Counted from the first letter of the whole stretch, positions 24,857-38,229 are shown. The stretch is 63,728 bases of DNA, filler included, from Choristocarpus tenellus KU-1152 (GCA_964200185.2; 14 parts of 14 records of this genome joined end to end with filler, not necessarily neighbours in it); one strand, 5' to 3'. A program made the numbers and translations. The notes: generated by a model from the letters alone, not told the origin.

Positions 24857-25673
24857 GATGTGAGTGCCGTGGTGTCATGCACAGCGGCAATAGTTCAACC
24901 ATCAGAGGGAGACGGACCTGACCGAGCTAAGTACTATCAGGGGATCACCTTCTATGAGCCTGAGGTATGCCATGGTTTTCTACTCTTGATTGAAAGGGAC
25001 AGCACCGTGCATCCTCTATGTTTGTATTGTTTGTTTGTATTGTTTGCTTGTATTGTTTGTGTGCATTGTTTGTATTTGTTTCTTGTATTTTGTTTCTTGT
25101 ATTTTTTTGTTTGTATTGCTTGTTCGGACCATGTGTGCGGCAAGCCTTCAGTATCCCCTCGATGAAGTGTGTATGTATGCATTTGTCTGTATTTGGCAGA
25201 AGAGTAGTGTTAGTGGGTGGTGCTCATCCTTGTGCATGCGAGTGTACGTGTAAGAGCCTCTTTTGAACAAGTGTATTCCTGCAATTGGTTGTTCATTGGT
25301 TCCACCACTTGGTCTCGATTGGTTGTGTAGATGTATGTACAACTCGTGTTCATGCGGAGAGGAACATGCAGAGGAAAAATGTGTAAAAGTCACACAGTGG
25401 TCATGTCATGCTCTCCCCCCTTTTGAGTCCAAATTACCAACCCCTTTCTGCCCACCCCCGCCTCCCGCACACATCATGAATTTAAATGCTTGAACGTGTG
25501 TGTCTTTGGTATAAAAATAGGTTGCAGACATTCCTGAGGAAACTGAGTTCATGGGCCTGACGAACTTGGTAACGGCTCTGCAAAGATACTCCGACCTGCA
25601 AGGAAAGGTCCTCTTCAGCAGCATGCCTTCTTATCAAGAACGTTGGGGACAGTGGGGTGCACTGGATGATGTG
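24857..25673 (+). CDS. Partial gene (exons 24857-24964, 25521-25673), NAD(P)-binding Rossmann/CIA30-domain protein of the cyanobacterial/plastid type
   Basis: Phase-0 exons give DVSAVVSCTAAIVQPSEGDGPDRAKYYQGITFYEPE-VADIPEETEFMGLTNLV...WGALDDV. The motifs DRxKYYQGIxFYxPE and WGALDDVVMGG are characteristic of this family. Confidence 0.85.
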
Positions 25674-25795
25674 GTGAGAGATGGTATTGGGGGCGNNNNN
25701 NNNNNNNNNNNNNNNNNNNNNNNNNNNNNNNNNNNNNNNTTAATTAATTAANNNNNNNNNNNNNNNNNNNNNNNNNNNNNNNNNNNNNNNNNNNN

Positions 25796-25985
25796 TTCAT
25801 ATCGCGATTTTGCGTTGATTTGGTTGCATACGTCGGATGTATAATGTAAATGCATTTTTCCTGATTTTGGACCAAATGCATTTACATTAGCCATCCGACA
25901 TATGCAACCAAATCACCCCAAAATCGCGACATGAAAAATTGACCCCAAATGAACAGCCACCACCCACTCCCAGATACTTTGAGCC
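25796..25985. mobile_element. Palindromic derivative of MITE B (two right halves in inverted orientation)
   Basis: 25796-25857 is the reverse complement of 25874-25935; ends in CAGATACTTTGAGCC. Confidence 0.85.
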
Positions 25986-28900
25986 ACTTTGGGTCTAAAA
26001 CACAACTCCAAGCACAGGAACCTGCCTATTTTACGGCGATTATTCATTTGAGACTCACCTGGCCATTGCGTGCCTTGACTCATCTGCCCACTTTTGGCAG
26101 CTTCAAAAAAAAGTAAATGTAAAATAAATTGGACGGATTTGCCCATCCTCCAAAAAGTTGTATTTTTCTCTGCTCATAACACTAGTAGCTCCTCCTCCCC
26201 CAGAAATTTTGTAGGGGCGCAACATATCCGATGTATCCTAAAACCTGCAGGCGTAAAGCATGCAAGGCACCCACCCACCCGCGCGCCAAGACTGTACGAG
26301 CCTAGATTCTTCTGTTTTTTCTCTTTGTAGTAATAGTACATACATTGTTCGCAGTAGCTTTTTTGCCTAGCAAAATCGGACTTATGGTGAAGGACTTCGG
26401 GTCAACGATTGTCAACCAAGTCCCTACCACAACAAAAAAGTGCCCCCAAAAATCTATGCAATCTATCTTGTTCAACGTACTACTAAAACATGATGGGTGT
26501 GATAAGTGCAGGGAAAGATAATGAGATCTCTTCTCTCACTCCATTCTCCTCCCTTTTCAGTCCAACTTACCCAGGAGGGGGGATGACGTCCCCCCCTTCT
26601 TATATACAAGAATGTTTCCCGGCCACCTCCAAGAAACATTCATTGTTGCTGTGAAGAGAGTACAAGAGGATAACTGGGTGAGGTTGTGGTGAACCAGTCA
26701 CGTGAGCGCTAATTGCAGATAGATAAAATTGACCTTCTCATCATCAGAATGTAAAATAGATATTTCAAACTCTTAGTAGGTATTATTGTTGCAGCTCTGC
26801 AGGCCTTTGTTGTTTGTATAGGACCTAAATGTTCCATCTCACAAATACAGTAGCTTTCTTGGTCCATACCTTTCTCTTCATGCATAGTCAATATCTCGTG
26901 TGCTCCAAAACAGATCATGTAATACATGGTGATCAAATTAAGCGCATTTGCTTCCACAAACAAGTACATCATACTTACATTTGTTTTACGCACTTCATTC
27001 CATGTATGTATGTAAGAAAAATGCTTGATCTCTCGAACAATATACTGTCGAGTAGCTCAGTGCTACCTCCCCAAGACTGAGCGACCTGCATATGATCAGG
27101 AGATAATTCATATCAAATTAATCAATTCATAAACCTTGCTTATCACCTGCTGCCACAACCATGTACCTAGCCCACTCAGGCATACCGAGCCTTTCTGGGG
27201 ACTGGATGAGGAACTGTCCACCCGAACCCGTGGCAAGCAGAACACCACCCCTTACCCTCCTCAGCATTTATCCACAAATTCAGCATGTAATATTTGTGTG
27301 GGCAAAAATTCGAAAAAAAAAATCTATACAAAAAAGAGGAAAAATAGTAATTTCTACCGTTACAGGAAAAAATAAAACAGTAGACATGCATCCACTTCTA
27401 CAGTGTGAGTACCCTATTATTATTTCCACATATTGTCAGTACCATAAAACAGACCGGAATGCGTGGGGTTGCCACATGTGTGGCTTCCTGTCTTTTACAT
27501 CATTCCAGCAATTACTCAAATGTACACACCCTTGTCTGCAACTAAATTTCAACATTGCAAAGCGCTAACTTTGGAGTACTTAAAAGCGTGTGTATGGGTG
27601 GGTACCTGGTGAAAATTACAAAGACATTTTTTTGTTTTTTCTTAGAAAAAGAGACAAGAGGAAAGAGTAAGGCGGATGTCTTTCAGGCATGAAATATATG
27701 AAACGGATCTGATAGTCTATTCCCGGCACTGGCACCATTCACACATGGGGATCCTGAACATTCAAAGTGTTTTTGTGCTCGTTCCTATGAGTTGCACAGG
27801 CACATACGACAAACACCGAAATTAGGATGCAATTAGGTTTACAAGCAGCAACATTTTTCTATACAAGATGTTCCCACAATGATACGTATGACACTTCAAG
27901 CACCAATATACAGCTCGAGGCTGCATATCACTCAAGTCTTGGTAGGCCAGGCCACCTTCGCCGTGCTGCCAGCTATCCTATTGCAAGTCTTGACCTGCTC
28001 TGCTCAGAACTTCAGGCAGATCCAAAGATCTTGAGCACTATACAAATGACCTGCTTCAGCATTCCAGCCAGCAACCAACCCGTTGTTGAGTTCATTCAGG
28101 CATCACAACAACGTCCAGAATGAAGCCTATCTTGTGCCTACCTACTTTTCTACATGGCAATATATTCAAGGGGTGATCAATCCTCAGGTCACTGATCACC
28201 AAAGACAAAGCAAAGGGCTACTCTGATCGCCAGGGGGGGGGGTTACTGGTATGGTTGATCAGAAACAAGTTTTGTATGATACCAACAATTCCACATTCCA
28301 AAATTCGTGAATAATTTGTGCAAAACACAGAAGTAGGCCTATGTGCGGGGGAGATGACGTGCTTCGACACGTGTGTAATGGGAAGCTCTGGTCTATTGGT
28401 AGGTAGTGAAGTATCATGCTACTGCACTTAAAAATGTTTTTGACACATGTTGTTACATACTAAACAGGGTGTTCATCCCACGGCTTACGCTCTTTTCTCG
28501 CACTTCATTAGCACAATTTTCATTTTTGAACAAATTAAGGGTAACCTTTGGCAGGCGTTGTTGTTGTCGATGTTGTTGTTGACAGCTTCTGAACAATCAA
28601 TTGCATCCCTGACTGATCTCTGCATCGAACAATGGCTGCTAGACTTGAAAGCCTCTCTCATCTCTTACCCAACCTGAGGCGACTACAACATATTTCTAAA
28701 TAAACTTCACACTGTTTCCCCCCCCCCCCTTCCCAAACACCTTGAACACAGAGCTCCTGTGCTTACAGACTCCACATGGTAAAGGGACCACCAATCTTGC
28801 TCACAACAACAACATGCGTGGTTGAGAGAACGCACCCCACGTTTGAAACTATGGGGCAGAACGGCTGGATTGACTCAGTTAGTACCCGAAGAATAAAATA

Positions 28901-29040
28901 ATAATAATAATAATAATTCCCACGAGAAACGGTGTCGTAAGTGCCCACCTCCTCGAGTCCTTTGCATCCTCACACACAAACTTCCTCCACCACATTGAAG
29001 CTATACTATGAAAGGGATCTTGAGGAGGGGGTGTTAGGTA

Positions 29041-30542
29041 TCAGGCATACTGGCACAGGCAGACAATTGCTTGTGGTTGAACTGGTTGCCTGCATAGCGG
29101 GCATTCAGGGTTGGTCTGGCACCATCCAACGATACACTCCCAGCAAAAAAGGTGCCCACATGGAGTAGCCGAGGCGTATTCCCTTGGGGCCATGCACAGT
29201 GAGCATCGCCTGTGCGAGCTTGGAAATAGGACTGCATCTGGGGGGGTCTCTTGAGGGCCAGTTGCAGGTACTTTAGCCTTGATCTGAGACATTTTGATTC
29301 CCAAAGCGTGTACGAAGGTGGAGGGGAGAAAAGGCACAGTTGAGCTGGTTAGATGGTATCAATGCAGACAAGTATATTCTTGACCACTAAAAAGTAAACG
29401 GCGTTATCAACACACAAATAACCACACAAGAATTTTGATGTTCTCACCAACGCATCCTCTCCATCCACTGAAACCTGCCCTTGCTCCCCACTGGCTCCCC
29501 CCACATGACTACGAAGGCTTGCAGATATCTGTCGTTGTATAGCCGTAGCGGCTTCGGCAGCCACCTGTACCAGCAAGAACAATCCTAGGATAGTGTACTT
29601 CGCCCGGGGCTCGTCCTGTGCACGATTGTACATGAGACGAGCTCCGAGAGCTCTCATGGCAAAACTCTGATATCGCCCGTTGAAGTAGAAAAAAGTAAGG
29701 TGTAGGCGCTGGAGCCAATCTAGCACAGCCGCGACCGAACGACGCTGTCGTCGAACCCATCGTCGGACATGTATCATCGCCGTCAGTGGATTCCTTGTAC
29801 CTTCTGTAGATGGCACTGCAAGTGGCGAAGTTGCATCTCTCCCCCTCACCCTTAACCCCTCTACAACAGGGTCTCCTTGAACGTTGTTGCTCATGCTCAC
29901 AGTCCGATTTGACCCCGTAATGCGTCTTCCGAAAGGGTCACGCAAATATCGGAGACCATGCCATCCCTCTTTTAAACGACCCTGAAAGTAGGGAATGACA
30001 ACGTGTAAAACTGTGTAAAGTTTCATTGAGGCTGGAGATAGCAACACTAGTGTCTTATCCTCTATCGCATCCCGAACTCCACTCCTGGATTTCCAATTTG
30101 TGCCGACCAGCAGCACATCACAATATTCCTGCCCAAGCGTTTGTTTGCCTGAGGACGTTTTTCGATACGATTGAAGGATAGCCGTTTTGGGCTTTGTATT
30201 GCGACAGGAGAATGGTCACTTGCAAGATGCACCTTCACTGCCCCAAGCGTTCCTTTACCAAAACCCACCTGAAAATTTAGTCAGCCCATAGTACAACCCT
30301 GCAGCCAACATTTTGATTTCGGGACCTAAGAGCGAAGACCTCCTTGAACCTATCAACCCTTCCAAGAGTTCGGACACACTTTCTCCTAACAATGTGTGAG
30401 CGTAATACGTATCTCTTTCCATTGAAAGAACCACATCGGGTTGCGTGGCGAAAGGAAAGCTTGACGGAGGACGATTAGATGCACTTCTTGACCTCTCCCT
30501 CGTTAAGGATGAAACGTTTCCACCACTACCCCTGGCAGTCAT
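29041..30542 (-). CDS. PEX10: Peroxin-10 RING E3 ligase, complete. Exons 30542-30269, 30148-29448, 29283-29041; about 405 aa.
   Basis: FPFATQPDVVLSMERD N-terminus; YYGLT...GKQTLGQEYCD (TLGEEY motif) restored across intron 1; RLHLTFFYFNGRY; C-terminal C3HC4 RING CSLCM...TPCGHLFCWECIVGW...CPLCR. Exon lengths sum to 1218 nt in frame. Confidence 0.95.
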
Positions 30543-30838
30543 TTCCTTCGATTTTTTCTTCCAAAGGTTGGTCTGGTGTTGGGTCTACCGTTGGTCTTAC
30601 ACCTCTGTCCGTGCAACATAGTTGGGATCAGTTCTAAAAATGATAAAATTGACAAAAATATCGACAAAATATCGACAAATTGATCAAAACTGTACTGTTT
30701 CTTGCCATCGGCAACGAAACGGTTCGAGAGACGAATAGTTTGGAGTCCATGGAAGGTTCGAACTTTCGTTTTGCAATTTTCCAAAAATATTTGCCACTGC
30801 ACTAATACTCCGCTTATACTTTGGAGGTGCCTACCCCC
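30543..30838. promoter_or_regulatory. Probable bidirectional promoter (296 bp between divergent ATGs)
   Basis: Head-to-head start codons at 30542(-) and 30839(+); triple T(T/C)GACAAA repeat near 30649-30679; palindromic CTTGCCATCGGCAAC at 30701-30715. Confidence 0.6.
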
Positions 30839-32610
30839 ATGCCCCCACTCATGAGCGACCGTTCACCGTTGGTGGACTGCACCCTCCAAGACGTGATAAT
30901 CGACACATCACCTCAACGAAAGAAGTCCCCCTTAGGTTGCAACCTCGAACGCCCTACAACATCTGGCCTCCTTCGAACCACTGCCATCAAGAATCTGAAG
31001 ATCACAGCACCACTGAACAACTTCAAGGTCGTAGCCCCCAAAATAGCAAGTAGACCATATCTCTATCGATTTAGTCCGTCCACGGCGTTCCCAAGAGCAA
31101 GTCGAGAACATTCTGAGAGGTTGTTTGTGGGGCCGACCGTGAGGCTTGCCACTTCGTGGGACGCCAAACACGATAGCCCTGGGCCGCAAGCTTACAACGA
31201 GATTGACCAGTGGCAGCGAGTCAAGACCAAGTCAGGTCCCTGCGTCCGAATTGCGACTGCCCAGAGCAAGGTCAACATTCCTACCGCCCCCGGTCCAGGA
31301 GACTACGAAATCCCACGGTTGTTTACGACGAAACAACCTGGACAGCGCCACTGCGAGTCCTCTCCAATGTATCATCCAAGAGCTGTTGAAGATACTCGAG
31401 AACAAGTCCCTTGTTCGTACGATGAGAATTTCTCGTCGTTTCAGTACCAGTTCCTGTCTCGGAGGCAATCATCGCCCGCCTTCTCGTTTGGGACAGCGCC
31501 TCGTTTCCAGGTATGTTGGAGTCCTTGCCTTGTACACTCCAGAGTTTACTTGTCTTGCACTTCCATTGGAGCTTAAATTTGCTGTTCCTATACACTGTAA
31601 CCCTTTCTTTGATCGCTAGTGCTGACTAGCAAAATCATTTTTTTCCTGAAGCGATGTTTCCCCTCCTTTGTTTTTGCTCCTAAGTAGCGATTAAATGAAG
31701 ATACCTCCATATCAGATGTGTATGGTTCTAGAGCATCCACGGTTGATGGCATGGCATGCTTCCACGTTCGATTAAACGCTCGTAGCCTCTGTAACACAGG
31801 TTTGTTCCCCACGACAAGAAAGGGGCACTATTCATACTCCCTTTCCTTCCCACCCAAATGAAATAGGCTAGGCATCAACACATCCTTTCTAGAAGTCCTG
31901 GCCCACCTGTGGCGGAAGCAGGTCACCCCCAGAGTATATTGGGCGCTCAATCGGGTCAACGAGTCCAGAGCAGCCGAGGCCGTCGTGGGGGAAAGCGTCG
32001 ACGCCGTCGGGGATGCCACAATGTTTTCCAGCGCAATGACTACACTTGGCTTCGGGATTGCATGACACCATGCGAATGGACGACAAGCCTCAGACTTACT
32101 GATAATCTTCAGGGAAACAACCCACCACGATCTTGGGGGACGGGAGGCCCTCACCCAGTGATACGACAGGGTGAACGTTGCAACAAAGCTGCCTACGACC
32201 CTCTGGAACGCACACTCCCACGCCCAAATGACTGCTTTCCAGGACCCAAGTATGACCCGTACAACGGTATTTGCATGGCAGGAAGCGGAGCATCTCGTCA
32301 TGGCCCAACCATTTGTTCCACGGAGAGGTTCCCCATGGGGCCGTTGTTTCCGGAGGAAGAGGTAGCCTTGAGAGAGGCCACTCCAGGTCCTGAGACATAC
32401 GATGTGATCTTAAGCCAACGACTGGAGTCTATGACTCTGGATCAGGTTGCAGACTCGACCCATGCGTTGGTTCCGCATAATAGGTGGGGTAGAGGGGAAT
32501 GGATGACTAGGGACAGGGAGAGAGTGTGGCCAAACAGGAGTGGTTCCCCCAGCCACAGTAGGCAGGGAAGTGAGGAGGATGGGGGGGGGGGGAGGGGAAA
32601 ACCAACCTAG
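30839..32610 (+). CDS. Sperm-tail PG-rich repeat (SHIPPO/ODF3/STPG-like) ciliary protein. Exons 30839-31510 and 31867-32610 (3' end uncertain).
   Basis: Repeats SPGPQAY, APGPGDY, SPAFSFGTAPRF, SPGP, FPGPKY and TPGPETY; phase-0 GT-AG intron joins the two ORFs. Confidence 0.8.
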
Positions 32611-33646
32611 CAATCCTTATAACTTGGAACCATTGGTAAAANNNNNNNNNNNNNNNNNNNNNNNNNNNNNNNNNNNNNNNNNNNNTTAATTAATTAANNN
32701 NNNNNNNNNNNNNNNNNNNNNNNNNNNNNNNNNNNNNNNNNAGCCAAGCAGAGAGGGGCAAGAGGTAGAATGAATTCGACTGGATAAAAAGATACCTGCT
32801 TATAATTTAGTTCTCCTTGCTTTTTCTACGATTTACGGGTGGTCTTACACTTTTGGCGCGGACTGTAGTTCCTGAGTAGTCCTTGTTGTGCCTCAGTGAT
32901 TAAGGCGACTGCTACCACAAACAAAAATAGCAGGTTTGAGCCTCTTCGACGCCAGACTCCTTTTCACGGAAATGTAGTTTCGATGCTATTCCAAATACCA
33001 GAGTTAGTTGCTATAGTAGTCATAGCAGTAGTCAGCATGGTAGGTAGTGTGGTATATATAGTGGGTCTGACCACAGGTGAGGATAGTCCTAACACAAAAG
33101 TGAAGATAATTATCTAAGAACTAATGCAGTAGTGGTAATAATGATGAAAATAAAATATAAGGTTACGCTGCTTAATGCTTAAGCAGTGTACACACTCTCC
33201 AACATAATCCATGCAACCGTATGCCTGCATTCCAGAATGAAATTGGTGAATGACCGAACTATCCTTCTCAGGCACTCCAAATTTGGCAAGTACAGGTCAC
33301 AGGAGATCGCAATCAACTGCGTTGCATGTTTTCTGCCCGTCTGTAGGACACAAGAATGGAAATATGTACAGAGTATGCATATCAATCTGGGTGGACGACT
33401 TCGAGGGCACGTATACTGTACATCATGTTGGTAGTGTTGAGTATGACATCTCGAACTACACTGTTCCTCATTGAGAATGTTCTCCCATTCCAGGTATTTT
33501 CCCAGCCGTCGTGTAACAATTGTCAAAAGTAGTTTGTTGATATGTCACCATAAGATTACACTGTTGTATGTAGGTCGTTTATCTGTATTTCGATATTGTA
33601 AACGAGGAATATATGTAGAGGAACTGGAGGATTTAGTAGAAAAGGA

Positions 33647-33822
33647 GGGTCAAAGTATCTGGGGGGGAGGGGTGGTTTGTGAGGGAGCGTTCGTTTCGGT
33701 CAAACTCTTTTTTTTTCTGACATTTCAAATCCGACACGTGCGACCAAATTACACCAAAAAAGTGAAAATCGAAAAAAAGGTGAAAAACGGACGCCGACAC
33801 CCCCCCCTAGATACTTTGACCC
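33647..33822 (+). mobile_element. MITE family B, divergent subfamily
   Basis: GGGTCAAAGTATCTGGGGGGG / CCCCCCTAGATACTTTGACCC; flanks AGGA/AAGA. Confidence 0.88.
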
Positions 33823-34505
33823 AAGAGTAGTCAAATCCCGCCTACGCCAAATTGTCTCGGTGACTACGCAAGTGGCACTATCTAGACGTGTCATGCGTTT
33901 TAAGCTAGAATCACCAGGGAGATGGGCACGGAGGGGTTTATTGGATTCTTGGGAGGCCTCCTTAGCTCCTCCCCCCGGGGTGCAGGAGTAGGTAGATGGG
34001 AAGCACAGGAAGGCAGTAGTACAATATTGCTAGTGGTGAAGTAACAAATTAGAGTTTTTCACATTTATGATATTTAATTTCTTTAGGGCTTACACTGACA
34101 TATGTATATTTTTCATTTGTTTCTCCCCTGACACCTCTGCAAAATTTAAGAGGGCATAATAATAATACTCTGAATATATTTCATTGTTAATTAAAAAAAG
34201 GTAACTTTTATAGGGCATCTCCTATACACACGTTTTTTTGATGTTTGGTTTTCCTTTTCACTGAAATTCCGAACAGGAATAAAAGAACAGCACACCTCTG
34301 GTTGTTGCGAGTTATACTACAGAATTCATTTCGATTATACCGATGCTATGTATTGTATAAGGCCTCCCAGTATCACCATCACACCACTCCACCGTAACGT
34401 CTAACGCTGGAGAGTCAATACCGATACAAAATTCTTCGAATACTGAATCATGTCTTGTGAAGATGCGGTTACGGGTATAGGCTTCGAGTTGAATACTGTA
34501 GTGTC

Positions 34506-35880
34506 ATGGGTACTCAGGAGACTGAAGAATAAGTGTGGTTCAAAGATGACTGCTGGGCATTTGAAGCTGCTCCCATCGCCTATATGGCAAGGTTCATGAA
34601 AGAATACGGAAGCACCGTTTCACGGAATGTGAGACATGTCTTGACAACGCAAGCATGCATGGATATGGCAGTCCCTGGATTCTTGAAGTAGTTAGGAGAG
34701 GAAGCCCCAGACTTGACCACCCCCGACTCTTATGAAGGAAGTGTTAGTGCAGACAACATTGGGAACCAGGAAGAAGACCATTCCGAAGATATTCCTATGT
34801 TCGAACGCTTCGATATGGTCCAGGCGGACTAAGGCGCAGAAGATTGTAACCAACGTGTATATCCCCCTCTGGCTGACCTGAGGACGGCGGTTTATGTTGC
34901 TTGAGCTCCTGCTGTATTGCACTTCACTTTCGTAGGTTACACGCCTGAAATCCATAATCAATATGCTCAATGGGGAGCATCTTAGCATACTCACATCCAA
35001 CATCTTTCTTTCTTCCCAGTCTTGTTTCGGAGGGAAGTTGCGGTCTGGGGAGCAGGAGACGGACTGCCTGCAGAAGCTGTGCGACCTGTTGTGGGAGGAA
35101 CAAGAGAAATCAAGGATTACTGGGAGTACCATCAACCTTGGGGGGGGGGAGGATGAAAGCGAATCTCTAGCGGCGACTTAGGCTAAAGTGGTGGGGTCTG
35201 AGCCAGGAGATCCCACCTCCAGTCCTGCCAGCACCACCCCAGAAAGGCCCATCCAGGAACTACCCTCTCCTGGATCAGGGGGGAGACCTTCGCCCCAGGT
35301 TTTCCCCTATTCCCCCTTCTCCAAAAAAAATGCCAGATGGTTGAGTCCCTCCATATCTCCTCCTGTTTGCAATATGTGAGCCTCCGTCCAATGATGTACT
35401 CCAAGACTTTGACATGAGTGTGAGTGTGGGGCCCGCACAAGAAAGGTCCACGTCCTCATATGACTTAAGCAAGGATGAGGGGTCGGTGGAGTCCTCTTCA
35501 ATGGAGGGTGTGGAGGCAAAGAGGAGGTCCGGGCTAGTAGCAAACCCAGGATCGAGGGGCCGACAGCAGTTACAGAGGGCTGTTGAGGAGCACTTGAAGT
35601 TGGAAGCAGAGTCAAGGAAAAAAAGTTGGATGGATGACCACATTACTGGTGCCCTCGTATCCATCCACATTGGATGATGCGGCTAGAGAAATGAGGAGAC
35701 ATGTAGACATAATGGCAGAAAAGGCTACTGCTAGGGAAGATAGTCAAAGTTCTGACAGAATGCTTAAGACTGCTAAACAAGCTTGGAGGACTTTTCAGAA
35801 GGGTGGTGATATTGTTCAGGCAGAGTTCTGTCGGAACCGGTATTAGCAACTGGTGGTAGTGAGGCTGGACCAGAATATCG
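34506..35880 (+). pseudogene. Disrupted ORF, probable accessory (second) gene of the adjacent PIF/Harbinger element
   Basis: Long protein-like reading broken by stops and frameshifts (MGTQETEE*VWFKDDCWAF...KLRSGEQETDCLQKLCDLLWEEQEK...charged helical C-terminus), convergent with the transposase. Identity is inferred from position. Confidence 0.5.
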
Positions 35881-36547
35881 GAGGTGCTGGGATTATGTTG
35901 GGAAGTGGTGGAACACTTGCCAAAGGGGGGGTTGACTTAGGGACTTTGGGAACAGGCAACAGTAGTGGGGGGACAGACTAGGGGAATCAGTTGTGACAAC
36001 ACAGCTGTAAGTGTAGTGCTCAGTAGTCTTTGACAGTGGTCCCTTGCGGTGTACTATCACATTGGACGGGATTGCCAAATCTTTGTTTAGACTTGAGATT
36101 ATTTTTTCTTGAAAGGAATTTATTTTGAGTCAAGTCCTCTGATCTTGAGCTTCTGATGCACTAACCAAACAAAGCTGTTGACCCTGATCTTGTACCATGA
36201 CCTTGAGCAAAGTTAAAGTAACGATGATGATCCCAGCGCTCTTCGGAAGGATGGTTAGGGTATAATAATATCCAGTGCTCAGAACGTAGTGAGCTGCTCT
36301 TGTCCACGAGGACAATCTTTACCTAATTATATTGTCACAATCAGTGGCAATCAATTCTTCCTTTTGACTGTGGACTTTATACCACTCTCTATATTATACT
36401 GACAAATGACCCTTTGTCCTGTATTACTTTCGCCTACCTCTTCTTGTATGTACTTCACAAAAGTACGAACCAGTTATACCGTTCACTATCACACAAAGTG
36501 TCAACAGCACAAAAGGGTAACCACTGTTTGATAAGCAAGATTCATAA

Positions 36548-37344
36548 TCAGGAACCCATCCAAATAACCTCTTCGTTTTATTCCTTGTACTTGCAGTGTG
36601 CTGTGAGCTTCTTCCTAAGCTCATCAAATCCCACCTCCCTCTCCGCATACTCTTCAGATCACCCTCCCCCCTGGTCCCTTGGCATGCCCATCTGCTTGAA
36701 ATCAGTGTAAGGGTCACTGTATAAGGCACCGTGCCGACTAGCCCCTGTCCACTCAGTGTTGCCCTCCAATTATCCAAGGCCATCACATGAATGAAGCATG
36801 TTTTGCAATATGCAACAAGTGAAAAATACGTTATCTATCTTCTTCCTGTGCGAATATAGTAGAGGCAGCTTGAGGATTCTGATACGGCCCTTAACTCTGC
36901 CAAAAAAGCACTCGACATCCTTGCATACACTCTCCACTCGCTCGCTTCACCTTGCTCGGGCCTGTGTGACAGATGCCTTGAAGGGGCATATTGTACACCT
37001 CCACTGCAAATGCAAAGATCGGGTTGGGCAAAGGACTGTTGACTTGCTAGTTTCATGAGCGCTCATTTTTATAGGGAGCAATAAATAACATAGGCATGGC
37101 CCTACAGTCACGTTTTTCCCGTCACCTTGTGGTAGCCCCCATCAACAAGGACATATGCTCCTTTCACGGTGTAATATTCCCGTGAGAGTCCTTAAGGTTG
37201 TACTCCAGCTGTCTGTGCGTGGGGCTAACCCTATATTTCTGGATAGCACCATCATATCAAATGATTATCTCGTCGTTTTTTGCTCCAGGAAATCCAGCAG
37301 TCACTCCCCGTGCAAATCCAGCATGGTCAATAGTCACTTCATAG
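36548..37344 (-). mobile_element. PIF/Harbinger DDE transposase pseudogene, C-terminal half, with intron 37125-37004
   Basis: YEVTIDH..GFPGAKND..GAYVLVDGGYHK|WRC..ESVCKDVECFFGRVKGRIRIL..FFTCCILQNML; in-frame stops present. Confidence 0.9.
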
Positions 37345-38229
37345 NNNNNNNNNNNNNNNNNNNNNNNNNNNNNNNNNNNNNNNNNNNNTTAATTAATTAA
37401 NNNNNNNNNNNNNNNNNNNNNNNNNNNNNNNNNNNNNNNNNNNNGTTAATATTTCGGTCTTGTGTTTTATGATCATTTTTTGTAGCGGTGTCTTGGATTA
37501 AGGGGGGTTGCATTATAGAGGAGGGGGGGGTTGACATAGACTTCATTTGGGCTAGGTACTGGTGTAGGAGGGGTAGAGATAGTAAGTAATGCATACTTCC
37601 TCAATGATGGGAAGGGAGGGGAGGTGGTGGTCGCTGTTACCCTTTCCAGAATGTACTACAAATATTTGTTGGAGTGAATACATTCTCTCGTTTTACAGGT
37701 TCCCATTGTCTATTTGCTGCAAGTAATATTGGGAATTTCATCAATTTTAGTACACCAACACCGCAAAAAATGCTACAAAATAAGTATGGCTTGAAGAGTG
37801 GATTTTCAGTTCTTAGTCCCTAAATCCGAAACAAAACTAGAAATGGGTAGGTCGCAAGTTCAAGCAAGTGCGAGAGGCTACATTTCTACTATGGAATCAA
37901 GTAAGAGAAAAGAGGGGAACCAAACTTCCTCTACTTCCTCATCATTGCTGAAATCCTCTGGTAGTATACTGAAGCCGTACCATAACAAATAGGTGGGTTG
38001 ACCCTACTTTCATACGAAAGCAATGTGTGTGTGGAATGAGGAGGTGAGGCGGATTGAAAACATGAAGTTGGCGATGTGATCATACCACCAGACCTGTTCA
38101 TACCTCATGGAATCAGACAGCACCTACTCTTAGAGGTGTGACCAGTGGGGGAGAGGAGGAATACTATTATACTACTGTCAACGTTTGACAAATGCTTCAA
38201 CACAAATCCTCTTCATTTCTCCTTGACTC

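Noticed and set aside
29349-30116. 255-aa ORF as a standalone gene
   Set aside because: It is exon 2 of PEX10 plus intron read-through.
11660-37344. Tc1-like or Harbinger transposase as the mobiliser of MITE A/B/C
   Set aside because: Their expected TSDs (TA, TWA) and termini do not match the variable 4-bp TSDs and GRG ends, and both are pseudogenes.
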